In this document: positions 1 through 15,228 of the stretch, in pieces
Layout: each line of letters starts with the position of its first letter
Numbering within the stretch: the first letter of the stretch is position 1
Source of the DNA: Podarcis pityusensis
Taxonomy: Eukaryota
Assembly (NCBI GenBank): GCA_964106645.2
Contig: OZ067038.1
Direction: 5' to 3' (one strand)
DNA: 64,000 nucleotides
Program-made: the position numbers and the translations under genes
The notes under the pieces: generated by a model
What the model saw: only the letters and a program-made list of their open reading frames with translations
The model's database searches: none
What the model was told of the DNA's origin: nothing

Positions 1-1601
1 CAGCTTCCTCATCAATTAAATAAAAGAGGGAACAAGCATGACCCTGTCACACAAAGCTAGAGGATAAGATGGATAAAAGATCATAAGCAATTCAGTTACC
101 AAGACGACAGAAACCTTAAAAGCTGCAACCGGATTATATTTCCCCCCAGTGTTATTCTGTGCTTTATCTTATAAGTGCTTCTTCTCAGGCTACTCCAGAA
201 ACTAATAGCTTTTCCCAAGAAAATCTTTCCTGATACCGTTCTGCATTTTGTCTCTGAGCATCACCTGACCCCACTATCCTTCACATTTGGCTCTACTTAA
301 AAAAACAAAACAAAAAACCTATGCTACACACACGGTGAGACAAATCAACTCCTATCACTCTCCTCTTATATCAAATCCCAATTGGAATTTAGGTTCCAAC
401 ATCAGGTAATAGCAGTATGGACCTTCAAGATACCTTGGCCCAGTCACTTTGAGCTGATTAGATTCTTACAAGCACAAACTCAGAACAGCAGGTTACCTTC
501 CTAATATCGCTAACTCTATGTGACAAGGCCATTTCCCAAGCACTTCTAACCTGCACAGTTCGTATCATGACCCATACCTGCTGTAAATCCCTCTGGAAAT
601 ATGTCCGTGTCGGGCAGGAAGCACTATTGTGTCATCACAGTCAGGCACCATACTACAGTTGCTACCCACAGTGCAACAAGATCACTTATCCAGGCCTGTG
701 TTTTTCCACAGAGCTCCCTACGTCTTTATCTTGCTTAAGGCAGCAAAGAAAAGGTCATTTCCAGACAAATGGTCCATATTCTGATACATTGTTGCAATGC
801 AAATTAGTGCTGTGCTGGAAATTTATCCCACTTTTTCCTGACCATTTGCCAACAGTTAATGAGAAAAGAAATTGCATTCAAAATTAGGAAAGTGGAAAGA
901 AAATGCTGGTGAAATTCTCCTGGGGGAGGGGAACGGACTGGTTTATTAGTGCTCATTTGATTGCACTGTTTTGCATAAAATCAATTTTAAAAATTTAAAA
1001 AATTAAATGTTGACATTCTCATGGATGCAGGTAGAGAATGGGGAGAGATTTGATTCAGTTCACAAATTTAGGTGAAACTTCCAAAACAATACATGATCCA
1101 AAACACAGCCATCCTTTGAAATTTGCACATCTCTGAATTTTGCAGTGCTGTTCTCCACCAAACGCAGGTATAACCCATTGCTATATATCACTTTCAAAAG
1201 CCTGCAGATCCTCAGTGGGAGAGTTGAAACAGGCAGTGACCACCAATATGGGCAGCTAGCTCATTACTGGGAACAGTTTGGATCACAAACACACAGTAAT
1301 AAGGTTTTCTTAAAGTTTATAATGAGTTATGAATTTCCCCGGCACTATGCATTCTGTGTTTGTTGATGCTTTTATGTTACAAAGGGCTGGAAGTTTTAGT
1401 TCCTGAGTGCCAATCCATTTGAGGGAAGGGCTGCTAAGATGAGGTGAAGAGGTCATTTCCCCTCCAGTCACAGCATTTAAAAAAAATCAAGCTTCATTAG
1501 GGGTTTTGTGGTGACGCAGCCCTAAAGACAGACCTTGGGAGGACAGTGCCGTTTTATTAATGTTATGACACTTGCATAAATTACATCATTTATGTAAAAT
1601 C

Positions 1602-1729
1602 ATTTTTCTAGAAAAAGAGGTGCCGGAACTCACCACAAACACCTCCCTCGTTCTCTTAGAATGGCAATGGTGCCCACCTGAGAGGTGCAGGAACTGAGTT
1701 CTGGTAAGTTTCAGCTGAAAAAAAGACCT
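1602..1729. mobile_element. Short DNA-transposon-derived MITE
   Basis: TTTTTCTAGAAAAAGAGGTGCCGGAACTCAC...GAGTTCTGGTAAGTTTCAGCTGAAAAAAAG, with a related fragment at about 39445-39540. Confidence 0.5.
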
Positions 1730-4700
1730 ATATGAAATCCTTATTTATGTACTGCTGCTTGACGTTTTCTGTAATTTACCCTGGTGCTGTGAGAGGCCCT
1801 TCAGAGAACCTTAATAAAGACTTCTGATAAACTAAAGAACATTCAGAACCATCCAAAATAAATTTTAACAAGTTCACACATATAGCAGAGTTGCAAAACC
1901 ATGCATATATTAGTGAAAATAACATATATTATATTGGGGAAAATTGCTTTGCTAAGTTGTGTATATAAGGGGCAACTGCATACAAAAATGTGTATATTGA
2001 GAGAAATTCACAATAAATACTGATGAATTTTCACGAGGACCAGATATAGATCCAGGTTTCCTTTGTTTATTTATTTTATATTTCTATACCACCCTTTATC
2101 CAAAGATCACAAGGGAGGTTCACAATATAAAAACCACAAAAATCTATAGCATAATAACGAGCAAAAACAATACCCACAAACACCGTGTTGTGCTACCCTT
2201 CTCTGTGATGGCCAAGAGGCCATTTGCAGGTGTTCTTTCTTTCCTTTTACAAATCATCAAATCTGCACTCTACAGCCTTTCCAGATACTCACACTTCAAT
2301 CAAAGCTCAGAGGAAGACATGTTGAGCTAACACACCCCACGAGGCTTTTTCAGATCAGGAAGTAGAGGCAGCCAAGGGGGCTTCACAGGACTGGAGAAAT
2401 GTTTACAAGAAATAAAAACACACCACCTTTGGCCACCTCACAACAACAGTTTAAGCTCAAAACCCCAGACCCATCAACATTTTTTTAAAAACCCCTCAAA
2501 ATTCTCAAGTGCCCTGAGAATGCAGCAAAAAACTGAGCCTCTTTCACAGAATAATAAAAAAAATTAAGACCAATTTCAGAACAGTTGAGCAAACAGGGGG
2601 TTAGGGGCTTAAGTTTTGATTTTTTGTTTGGTGCATTTTTTAATATACTGGCATATAACTAAGCACTATTCAAAATACAATCTGAAATGTAAAACAATAA
2701 AATCAGCTCCATACCAATACAAATCAGCAGAGAAGAAATAATCTGAAAAGCAACGTAATTGCAGCAGCATAAAATGCATTTTAAACCAGCATAAAGCCAG
2801 CAAGAAGAAATCAACTTGGTGGGCAAATTTAAAAACACCCAACAAATATGTTATAATTAATTATCATTCATTATAACTATAAAGGCCTGGGAGGTGTGTT
2901 GTTTTTAATAATTGTCTTCACTTAGCATCAAAAATACCACAACATGGGTGCTAGGCAAGCCCCTCTGGAGAGAGCATTCCATAAATGGGGCACCACCACC
3001 AAGAAGGCCCCCTCACCAGTAATCGTTATGCATGAGAACCTGGAGATGGTCCTCCAATGAAGATCTGAAGGTCAGCTTCCAATTCACTTCCGCTGTTTCT
3101 GTGGCCCATTATATCCATTTGGTATATCCTCTCTGGTCCATTCACAATCTGCTAGGGACAAGGACTGTCTCGTACTACACATAATGCAAAGCTCAGTGGA
3201 GCGGAAAACTTGATGGGTCACAAAGTACAAGTCCAATGGGAAGAATGAAACGAATGCACCCAAAGCACAATCGAAATAAAGAGAAATAGGATGAGGAAGA
3301 GAATATTTGCATCTAGTATCCTTCATGCGTGTCACATCATTCTTCTTGGAACAATAATGGGTGGAGAATAAGTTGACCTTGTCTACATATATTAGATGAG
3401 GAGTGGGAACTTAGAGCCCTCCAGATGTTACTGGACTCCAGCTGGAATCTGAAGGGCCACAAGTTCAGCACTCAAGTATTACACAGCTATATAGACAATG
3501 TGCAGTATTCACATTAAAATGGAGGGGTGATGCCTTAAAGCAGAGTACTCACTTTTTTCTGTGATCTTTTTCTGCTGTATGTGAGATGTGGTTTTGTTTG
3601 TGCATGTGTGGGTATGGTTGTGTATTTACTCCAGGAAAAAATATAAGTTGGAGCTGTTGTTTTTTAAAAAATGGAAGTGCCAGCCGTTTTGTTTTGCCAC
3701 ACTGCTTGAGCAAGAATCTAATAGCAACCAAGTCAGTATGCAACTGCCTCTGCAGTCTTCAAGCAGGGTTCAAAATTAGGCACAACAAGCTCCCTCATCC
3801 CTAGTCGGAATGCTAATCAATAGTTTTATTCAGTGCCGGCAGGAAGAGGCAGGAGGAGAGACATTAGAAAACGCATCCAACTGCATCAACTCTTACAAAG
3901 GTTAACATGAAACTCAAATCCTTTTTAGCTGGGATGCAAATGAGGCCATTGCAAGTGCAAAAACAATGGCACTTCACTGTTGAATGTAAAGAGCCTGCCA
4001 GCCTTATGCTTTCCCTGTATGACAACGGCGCCCTATTTAATAGCCAACCTATTGATCTGAGAATTTCAAAACTTAATTAACACTGAGACTCCCTCTCAGA
4101 TTGTCGGGGCAGGGTGAGGAGAGAAAGAAACTCCAACATTCTGATATGCATCTGCATTTGAACTGCTTCAAAATGTTTTCTACTATCAGAAATTCCAAGC
4201 AGAATTTCTTCCTAGGATATTATTCTTGGTTTGGGGGGGGAGTATTCACATTTTATATTTTCCAAAGCTACAAAACTACTGTGTACAGCCCAGGGAGCTC
4301 TTTCACCCTCTTCAAAGCAGACAAAAAGAATCAGGAGCCAGCACAGGCGTCAAAAGTCCATGTTGGAATGTGAGTGAGATACGGTAATTTCTACTCTCAG
4401 ACCCGAAATCACAGGACAAACAGAATAAAATGTGGGGCAAAGAGAAGTGTGGGTGAGCCCTTATTGAGGTGCCTATATGCTTTACATATTCAAGCACTGT
4501 TGTTCTTTTGTAGACAATATGCAAGCTTTTGTGTATAAAGCTTACAAGTTTTATTAGCTACATGATGAGTACCGGTATTTAAACATAAAATGCACATACA
4601 TAATCACTAAGGTAAACTACAAAGCATTCATGAATAACCCTTCCCAGACTGTTTCATTCTTACAGTATGTTCTATCTGCTGTCAAAGATGAGACATGACA

Positions 4701-7700
4701 GCGAATGATCACTCTTGGAGCTGGAACCTCTCCGTTTCCATCATAAAGTTGGATCTCTCTTTGTGTTGGGATCTTAGTCTACCTATAACAGTGCTCTAGT
4801 CTCTTGTATTTATACTGTTGTGCCTGCGAATACAAAAGACAGCCATGTCTCCATGGTCAGCCAGGGGAAGAACCAATGGCATCATCCCATACCATTGCCA
4901 GGTGCATCAAAGGGTTGGCAAGCCGCCCACCTCACTATCAATGTGAGACTATGAGCTACTGTCATTTTTATGGCTTTGGAACTTCAAAGCCATGAGAGAC
5001 GTGGCAATTAGCCAAGATACCAGACATATTCATCTAATACATCCTTATATAAAGTTAACCCTTTAAGGTCCAACAAATTGTAATAGTTGACTATTAAGCA
5101 GATTCAGGCCCCTACGCAGGCCTTAAATTATTGGATGCCACCTACCTCCTCATGATCAAAAACATTTCCATGGATTTTCAAGACAGGTAAAGTTCCAAGT
5201 AACACAGCAGATTCAAAGAACACACACAAAAACACATAGAAAGGAATCATTGAGGGGGGCGTTCCTAGCTCTTCCACCACCACCACCACGCTCACAACAC
5301 ACACACACACATCCATTCAATGTAAGGAAAGGTGTCAACTGAAGACCTCCCCCATACTTGGTGTACGGCTAACCCACAGATACAGTTATAGAAATATAGC
5401 ATTCACTAAAATTCCGAATTTGTGGCTTCCCCAAAATATTGAGATGAGGCGGAATCTTGAGGACATGCAAATACAATGCCTGGCCAACCAGCAGCCAGAA
5501 AAGAGAAGTCACCATAGCTTCTAACTCAAAAAAATATCTGGAATGTCATATAGATGCCATGTATTTGCAGCTTTCTGTTTGGCTCTCATTTCAGACACCA
5601 GTTACCTTGGAGTGCACAACGTATTGTTATTTCAATGCTTCAGCAATTTAAAATACAATATGTAAAACAAATTATGATTATTACTATTATTAAATTATCC
5701 ACCCTTTGCCCTAAGGTCCCAGTGTGAGTAACTGCAGCATTAAAACATAATAATAAAAATAACTTAAAACAACTTACAATCATAGAAATAAGATGGGTTC
5801 TTATAACCCACAACGGAGTTGCAGAACCACACAAACTTTACTCCAAAAAGCTTCCAGTGGCCTAACAAAGATGATGTCATGCAAAGAGATTTCTGCAAAC
5901 CAGAACCTTCCAGTTCCTATTATCCCAGTTCATGCCCAATGGAAAATAGGTTTATTTACATTAGGAGTGGGGGATGCGGTTCCTGACCATTTTAGAAGAA
6001 ATTATCTTCTTCCCTATGTCAGATAAATGACACTGAATGCCCCTCATTATTCTTTTCTTTGCCACACTCACTCAGCGTGACTTTTATCTTCTGCATAAGT
6101 AGCTAGCTGTGTATTTCATAGCTTCCACCACTTACCCATACTTCAAAAGAGACTTTTCAGGACACAGAAATAATAAGACTGGTGTTAATGATTCTGAACT
6201 GGAATCATTGCAAATGTATGTCTTTCCCTGCTACAAGGACATCATTACAGTACAGACTACACAAAGGCCTTTATGAAGTTTTTGAAACCATGTTGTCATT
6301 TGGTTTTAACAATGGCCAATCTATGCCAAGCAGTGGCCCTGGTGGGAGTTTTCCGTGCAAGCTGTTTGTTTCGGCAGATGAACAGTTTACTGTTTAGCTC
6401 CGTCATGTCACCTGCTGAAGTACTGGAACCGGCACCCTTCTCAATAGAACAGCTTGTATAGGGAACATTTCCAAAGCCATCATCAAACAAAAGGGGAAGC
6501 TAGCTATGAACTACACGGAAGATAAAAGTCACACAGTATGCGTGAGTGAAGAAAATAAGAATGGTAAGCAATAGCTGGCACAGTGACATTTGTCTGGGAT
6601 AGGATAGACAGTAAATCCCATTAAGGAAGCGAACAGAGGAAAATAATGTAACAAAGCATCAAACTGTGAGTCCTTTTTGGCTTATCCTGAAGAGCATCAA
6701 ACAAAGCTCTGTGCACAGTTTGCAAGAACTGTTTTTTTTCTTTTAAATCTCAGCACCTTTCCTGAGGAAATGTATTTTCAATTAATAACTCTCCACCTCA
6801 TTGCCGTGACTTGTGTGAGGTGCTTTTCTGCAGAAAGTGGTTAGATCGCTGGTGTACACTCAAAAACTATTAGCAAAGCTGCCCCAAAGTGCAGGGCACA
6901 GCTTGATCAGCTAATTGGACTTTGAGAACACTTAGGAATTAATGGACAACCAGGGAGATCACAGGGATTGTTGGCATCAAGTGTGGTTTTCTAGGACAAA
7001 GTCTGACCAAGTGGAATCAGGGCCTGTGTACAAACACTTCAGCTCCCTCCAGCAACAGAGAACCTTGTGAATTTTGCTTGAAATTTATTATCAGCTTATG
7101 ATACCCTACCAGTTGGTTGGTGAGGACAAGAAAGAAAGACTTGTCAGTCACCAGCAACTCCTGCAGCCAAGCTGGTGCCAAATGTATCGCTCTGCTTTCC
7201 TTTGGACCCCATCAGCAAGGCCAAGAAAAGGGCTTTGCCATCTAGGCAGCCCAGAACCTCCATACACCCTGAAGCGTAGGTGAGTTCCCATGAGGCAAGA
7301 CACAGTGATAACAGCAAGAAACTTTACTGAACTACAGAACTGGACAACAAGGGCAAAGCAACTGCTTATATACATTTTTAAAGGCCTGGGCCACTCCACT
7401 CCCAACATGATTAGCTGTCTAAACTTCCAAGCTGCAAATCATGACTCGGAGCTTAATGGCCAATAGCAGAGGCCCAAATCCTGAAATATTCTGTGATTGG
7501 ATATCATGTATCGAATCAGAACACAGGGGCTCAGAATCCTTAGTCCAGACTCAAGCTCAGGCAAACATAGGCCACTGAATACATAACACACATTGCCCAG
7601 GGCTTCACTGGTGGAGGAAGAGGAGTGCGGGGGGAGCAAACCGCCCCCGGCAGCGTGATCCCGGTGGGGTGCCATCACGGCTGGCCCCCCCCCACCCACA

Positions 7701-10700
7701 CTGGGCGCCACGCCCCTGCAGGGTGTATGAAAGTGTGATGGGGGAATCTCATTTTTTTCAGGAGGGGTGGAGAATTAAACAAATTTTCAGGACTGGAGGA
7801 ACTTAGCAGTAAAGGTGGGCCCACCATGTTTGATTTCACATTTCTTAATATAAATTTTTCTGGCCTATTGAAACAGATGGAAACAGCAGCTGTCAGTGGT
7901 CAGCCAGTCTGCCATGTCCTCCCATAATGCTACCTTTGAACAACACTACAACATGATGCAGTTGCATGACAGATGCATTATGGGAGAAAAAGATGGAGGC
8001 CTCCACTGGCCTGCCGTTGCAGTCAGAATTATTTCAGTTTTTAAGTGTAAAAGCAGATGCTGCATTCCAGGCTTTACTGATAACATCCTCGCACCCCAAA
8101 AATGTATGCAGTTTCACATGCCCCTCCATGTCACCAAAGAATGTCACCCCACTTTGGTGGCATGGTGCTGTAAAAGTCAAAGAACATTTTTCACCCAACA
8201 CTAATATTTTTATTTGTAAGCTTCCTGAAGCAATGTGATCAAGCAAGGGATGGCTGATTAGTTCCCCAATAGTTACTGACAAGGCCAAGAACCAGCACTA
8301 AGACTCTATAAGCTTTGTGTGGAATTCACCTAATGCACTCCATCAACAGAGGCCATGCACAAGGACTTCGACTGCACAATGAGTCTTTCTTCCATTCTCT
8401 CCTCCCACAGCAGCGTACTTCTTGTTGTTCTACTTACAGGTCAAGAATAATTTGTTTTAAAAGTCTTCTGACTGTTGGTTCACTGAGCCTGCTGCTATTT
8501 TGTAGTCCGATCTTTTTTATTTTTAAAAAAGTTTCATTGACTTAATGCATTTGGATTTAGTTTTACTGTACATCACTTTGCATTGTTCTTTTCTCTTCAG
8601 TGCAACATACAAGTTTAATATATAAACCATACATAGCACTTTGCTAGCAGAAGCAGAAATCAAAGCACCACCCAAACAGCTATCTGAAAAGCTGCCACAT
8701 AATCTCTTAACTAAAGGAGAATTAGCAATTTTTTTTCTTTAACTTTAACCTGTGCATGTGAGAAAGAACATCAGCAGCCCCCAAGGTACAGCCATAATTT
8801 TTATTATTATGAAAGGATTGAATCTCTAAAACCCACGGTTTGAAAAGAATGCATCTAATCCTAAATCATATCCCTTCTATCTTAAGATAAAATGCCTTTC
8901 ATACTAGGTGACTCTTGTATGAAACACATTTTTAAAAAATGTAAGCCTCAAGTACACAATCATTTTTCTTTTAATATCGGATATTAAACACAAATCTTGC
9001 AGCTAAGCTGTCAGAACTTCTGGACACACAGTCAAGGAAACTCGAGCCTAGTCACTGCTTGGGTCATCTATTTCATCTCTACAAGTATAAAACAAGGCAC
9101 TGCTGCTTGCCATGAGATGCATTAATGTCACATCCAAAGTGTTCCAATGTCAAACTATTTTAATATCTCAAGGGTGAGATCTAGCTAAGTCAGGGTTGGG
9201 GAACTAGATCCAGAGGGTGAGCCAGATTCTTCTCTCCACTCCTTCACCCACTGTGTGCCAAATTTGACAGGTAGATCAGAACACCCACTTGTCATAGTCA
9301 CCTGACATCAAAATGACACCGAGCAACCTGTTTTTGCCAGTGCAATTGAATACCAAACTGTGTGGGCAAAAGAACAGCACTGTATAAGCACCAGTGATTG
9401 TTTGCTACGTGAGAGTAAACTCAATCGGAGGAATTTAACATCATGCCCTTCTGATTGTTCCACCAGCACAAGCTAATTGTCCCCCTCTCCTCCCCCAATG
9501 TTCTGGAGATTCTCCTGACCCTTCAGAGCAGACAAGGGGGAGACACAGCAGTGTGTGAGGGGGACAGCCCCATGGCACTAGTGGGAGCCGCCACACAGGC
9601 TCCCACCAGCATGCTGGGTTAGCTGAACCAAGGCCACGGAAACTGAAGCTACTTAAATCAATTTACTTCAATGGGCCCATTCCGAGTAAGCTTAAAATTG
9701 TCTACCACCCCAGTTTCTTGGGGAAACAATAATGGTGTTTTATTTGTAATCTGAGTAACCAAGAACAAAGGATTTGATTTCCTCATCACACCCACAAACC
9801 CAATGCAGCGCTTTCTCCTTTGTCCCATTTTCTTGTATATAATAGTATTGTGAAGTCCTGCCACCCTTTCTGATGTCTGACATGAGTAACAGATTATGCA
9901 TCTCAATAAGGTCACGCTACTGATAGAGTAAGACAAGTTACTTTTCCCCCCCTCTTTCTTTTCTCTTTCCCCCCTTTTGCTCCTTCTAATTAAAATTCCA
10001 GGGTCTGAATAACTTATCACGCCTAGAGACAGAGATAAATGGATGAATAGATGGAAAGATCCATATACCACAGGCTTGGAATAACACTCCACGCTAGCAG
10101 ACAAGAGAAGGTGGAATTAATAACTGTTCTGTGAATGATAACAATTCTAAAATGCCAGTAGTGCTATGCCGCTGTACGCAAGCACTCTCTTTTGTTTGTG
10201 CATCTGTGATTCAGGAGAGAAAAGTTCGTTTTAAATTCTACTCAAGGAGACATTTTTAAAGTTTGTTCAAAAGAGCTTATGGAATGCTAAACAGTTCATC
10301 TTTGTATAGTCAGTCAAAGTCACTGCAGCATTAGGATGGGGACACAGATGCACTCTCCAAGCTAATGTGTCTTTTGCACCACTACAAAAAAACAAGGGTT
10401 ACCTTCCCTTTAAAATGGAGGCTGGTGGTTCACTAGGGCAAAAGGGGCACTGCCCCTCCAAGCTCAGTCTGCCCTGAGCCAACCCCACTCCACTTGCCTC
10501 CTTACTTGCAACCAGTCCTGGGTGTAGCATTAGCTGTTATCTTCCTTCTTAGTCTCAGGGTTGCCTTTGTAGAATTCACTAGAGAAGAGCATGGAGACAG
10601 AGCCCATTAGTTCCGCCTGCCATTGGCTGCGTACATCCAGTAGGTGCACTGTTGGCTCCCTTGCTTCCACCCTACAACAAGCCTCCATTGCCTTCTTCTG

Positions 10701-11866
10701 TTAACTCTGGGCAACAGGTAAGAACCTTTTATTTGCATAAGGCTACATTTCAGCCACACACACACACAAAAAGTCAGAATTTCCACCACCACCCCTCAAT
10801 CTAGGCAACTCAAGGGCATTGTGCTAGTTTTCTACTCTTACAGCTGTAACAAACTGTGTATTTAAATATGTGGGTTTGTTTCAAATTTTGCTGCAAGCCA
10901 CTTTGTGGAGGCTTTCCTCAAAAAGCAGGGCAGAAATCCCTTAAATAAATAAATAAATAACCACAGATCATGGACACGTTTCAGCAAGGCAAAAGCACTC
11001 AGTGAAGTACATGCCAAGGCAGCATCTGAGGACCAGAGAATGAGGCCTGGAGAGCTTCCTTCTGGCCCCCAACCTGAGGTTCTTCACCACTGTGGAACAA
11101 GTTCAGGAGCACTTAAGCCCGCTGAAATCAATAGGCTTAAGCATACCTCTGTTCACTTGTGTACTTTAATGCTCCCTGACGGCAACGTGAGAAGTACAGA
11201 AAGAGCAGAAATACAAGCTTCCAGCAGAAAGAACATGGTGTGCTTGTTGTTTCTTATGGAACGCATCTCAGCAAATATTTTTTCACTGCAACCAGCCTTC
11301 TAACTAAACTGCCTACATGCTTCTGTATTTGACTAAGCACTTCCTTATTCCACAAAATAAACACTCATTTAATGGATGTGTGTACTGGAGCATTCCAAGA
11401 CTTAATGTGGCTTGTGAGTTCAAGCATGCCTTTGTAGCCTTTTTGCCTGCTGCAAAACTTGTACTTCCAACAACAGGAAAGATCATTGGGGAAAATCACT
11501 AGAATTCATTTCCTTCTTTCTTGTGTCATGCCTTCAAGTTTCATTTTTACCAACTTGCCTGGGCAAGATTCTGATGTAAGAAAACACCATAGTGTTATGA
11601 GTTTTGGGGGGATTGGCTGAATGCCAGGGCCCCCCTTCTAACTCTTGGAATAGCCAGGCTAGCTTCCTTGTGAGGTAAGCTCTGTGCGAGATGGCGTGGG
11701 TGGCGCCCTTCCTTCCGCTCCCAACTGCATGCACTATCAAACAATATCAAGCAATATCAAAAAGGCAATGCATAATTTAAACAGAATGGCTCATTGAAAC
11801 CTTTAACCCTTCTGAAAGGCCTGGGGAAATTAAACCTCCCCATCTTTCCTTGGAAACATTTAATAA

Positions 11867-11902
<36 letters not shown>

Positions 11903-12460
11903 TTTTATTTATACCCCGCCCTCCCCAGCCAAGGCCGGGCTCAGGGTGGCTAACAAGCAATAATAAAAATAAGTTGAATGATTACAACTTAAAAACAAAA
12001 TTAAAATACAACATTAAAATATTGAAACATTAAAATATTAAAATGTAGCCTCATCGCAGGAGGAGAAAGGAAAAGAAAAAAGAAATAGAGGGAGGGAATC
12101 AAATTGGCTCCAAGCCAAAGGCCAGGTAGAACAACTCTGTCTTACAGGCCCTGCGGAAAGAAATCAGATCCTGCAGGGCCCTGGTCTCATGAGGCAGAGC
12201 ATTCTACCAGGCCGGAGCCAGAGTTGAAAAGGCCCTGGCTCTGGTTGAAGCCAATCTAACTTCCTTAGGGCCCGGGACCACTAGGGTGTTGCTATTTATG
12301 GACCTTGAGGCTCTCCATGGGGCATACCGGGAGAGGCGATCCCGTAGGTACGAGGCTCCTAGGCCGTGAAGGGCTTTAAAGGTCAAAAGCAGCACCTTAA
12401 ATCTGACCCTGTACTCCACCGGGAGCCAGTGCAGCTGGAAAAGCACTGGGTGAATATGCT
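11867..12460 (-). mobile_element. L2 LINE 3' fragment with (TTA)n tail
   Basis: Minus-strand ORF LHWLPVEYRVRFKVLLLTFKALHGLG...RAFS is the L2 ORF2 C-terminus. Confidence 0.9.
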
Positions 12461-15228
12461 CAATTAAGCATATCTCTTAAATCAATTAAGAGATGCTATT
12501 TAAGAGGTCTCTAGAAAGCTATTCATGACTATTCCCCCAGCCAAAATCAACAGGAAGCAAAGAAATATAAAACATGTAATCAAAGGAGGCAAGAGGGTCT
12601 GTAAAGCCTCACCTGCACTTTACCTGTCCACACTGGGCACTGCATTTAATTGGGAGGGAATTGCCATGAATCAGGTCTAAGAAAGCATAGAGTGGCATCC
12701 AGCTAAATAACTGTACAAGCGGCATGACATCTGCTTGTGTAACAGGAATTTTCTCCTCCACCCGCATGCACTGCTCACCATGCCCACATCTGCTTTGGGA
12801 GTTGGGAGAAGCTCTAGCACAGAATTGCACCAGTTGAAATCACCCTCTTGCCCAAGTTTACTTATTGTTATTTGGGATTGCCAAGTCCTCACCCACAGAT
12901 GGTACCTAAATCCTGACATTGTCTCAGGCACTCAATAAGATTGCAGTGCTTACACCTAATGGTGTATCCTTCTATCTGCCGCCTTGCCTGCTCATCCGTG
13001 CCTTCCCCCAAGCCTTCTATAGCTGGCAAAGGTAGATGAAGGAGGGAGGATCATGTTATATTAAAGTTAAGAACAACCTGGATAGCTCGGTTGGTTAATA
13101 TATTAACTAAAATTAAAGCTAACTCTTAAGTCATTAATGTTCAAACCTGAAGTTGTACCTTTGCTTTAATAAATGGAATTTACTGTATAATAAAAACTGA
13201 GCCCATATAGTTGCAAAAATATATTTGCTGTTCTTTTTTTCTTGTAAGTTTCATAGAAAACCAATGTTCAGCATGCATAACCATTCTGCAAATGGCTCCA
13301 TTGATTTCATTTTGATTTCCACGAATCCCTGCAGAAATGCTCTCTGAATAATTTGAACTCGGTTTCATGTGAGACTTTTAAATTATGCTGGCAACATCCG
13401 ACAGACTGCACAACATGAACCAGCTTACATCACTCTGATGCTTGAAGGATGATTGCACTGTGTATATCTTTGCAATCACTCGGTACAAGACAAAATGTTC
13501 TAAACACCAAGCATATTCTTCCGCAGGATTATCTTTATCCCCAACTCATTTTCTTCCTCCTCCTACGACCCTTGCAGCCCAAGACATCAATTCTGAAGCT
13601 CTGCATTATGCATACACAGAAGTAACATTTCATGGGGAACATCTAAAATTACAGCTTTCCAAATGGCCAATGGGATGTTGCATTCCTCAGGGATGCGGTA
13701 CTCATTCAGAGAAATTGAGGTCTCTTCCAATAAGACACCACCAAAGGCAGGTCAGTACTTATGCAGAGGTTCAGCCTTATTAAACTCCAGTCCATGAACT
13801 GCTGGTAGTCCACAAGCTCCATGCTGGTGGTCCACAGAAAGGTTGAGGAGCAGTGAAGAATATCTATACTCAACTCTGCATCTTGATTTCTACTCCCCCT
13901 AACGATGGGGATCAGGGCCATTTGATTATTGGACAGGCTAATAAGGCCCAGGTTAGGGCCCATAATTTTCATAATACAGCAGATAAAGGGTCTCCTCTCA
14001 ATGGCATAGCCTGGGGACTGCTTTTCATTATCAATAGTTTTAACAATGATGATGGTACCAAATGATTTTATTTTATTTTTTAATGCAAGTTATATATGCT
14101 CAGCTCTATAGAACAAAAAAACAACAATTTTTAAAGTGGTCAGCTGAGATTCCCAGCCATTTCCAAGCAGTTTGCGTTTTTTTAAAAGAAAGTTTCAGAA
14201 ATTCTGGAATAAGTCACTCAAGACTGAACACAGGGATGCCGAGGGCTGCAGTTAGAAATGTGGTATGCAGGGAACTGATTGGCCAGGTGCCTCTTTCTCT
14301 GCCTCTGATGTGCTAGATTTTTATGGACAGGAAATTTCTTTTCCTTGGGAAGGCACAATCCATTGTAGCACCTTAGTCACTTCCTTCTCGTGCATTTGTG
14401 CACCAGACAATAGTTATTCCAAACATATAATGTGTTGAAGTGAACAAAACAAACAACCTTTTCCCAAACATTCTGTAAATTTATACCCAACAGTAGTTTG
14501 AAGGAAAACAGGTATTTTTGCCAATCTTATTTGGTGCAGTCTTCACCCCTGCAGTCCCCACAACCCAGGATGCACTGAATTTTCTGCAGAAAATGATATA
14601 GTGTAATGAGTCTCGTTTTGCAGGCTACATAGATTATGAAAACTGTGATCATGCAAGCTACTCCTCTATAAGACTTTTCACCCTACATTTTACTGTGTGT
14701 AATGATGTCTCATTGTGATACTGCTTGAGGTTTTATTTATTTTTTAATGCATTCTGGAAAAAATCAATTCGGAGAGTTTTCTGTTTCTCCGTGCACCACA
14801 GAATGCACCACTGATCAGCCCATTATGGAAGTAATGTTGCATTTTTATATCAATTAGAAGAAATAAGGAGAAATGAAAATGTGATTGATTCTTTATTATG
14901 GAGAAGAAAACAATTTGCGCTGAAAGCTGCTCGGGGTGTAAGAAGGCATTTTTCATACACAAAGGCTACAAAGATTGATCCTTTGAAGCAGGTTAAGACA
15001 TGGCTGCCTTTTGATACTTGGCATCATTCAAGATGAAGCTCTGGGGGAGAAAAGGCACAAATCTCTCCACTCAGCTGTCCATTCAGGAAATAGCAGCAAA
15101 AATGCTGTGATGCTTGTGGAATATACAGGAATTGTCCTCTACTGACTAGGATTATGCTTTGGATTGTTTTGACAACCCAGTTGAGCCTCTGCTACATTCC
15201 TTGTTTTCTCCCTTATCCACCTAAAATA

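Noticed and set aside
7206-7290. Plus-strand exon candidates ending at GTGAGT/GTAAGT donors (7281; also 40284 and 49049)
   Set aside because: Isolated splice-like signals at a frequency expected by chance, with no recognisable peptide or consistent gene model.
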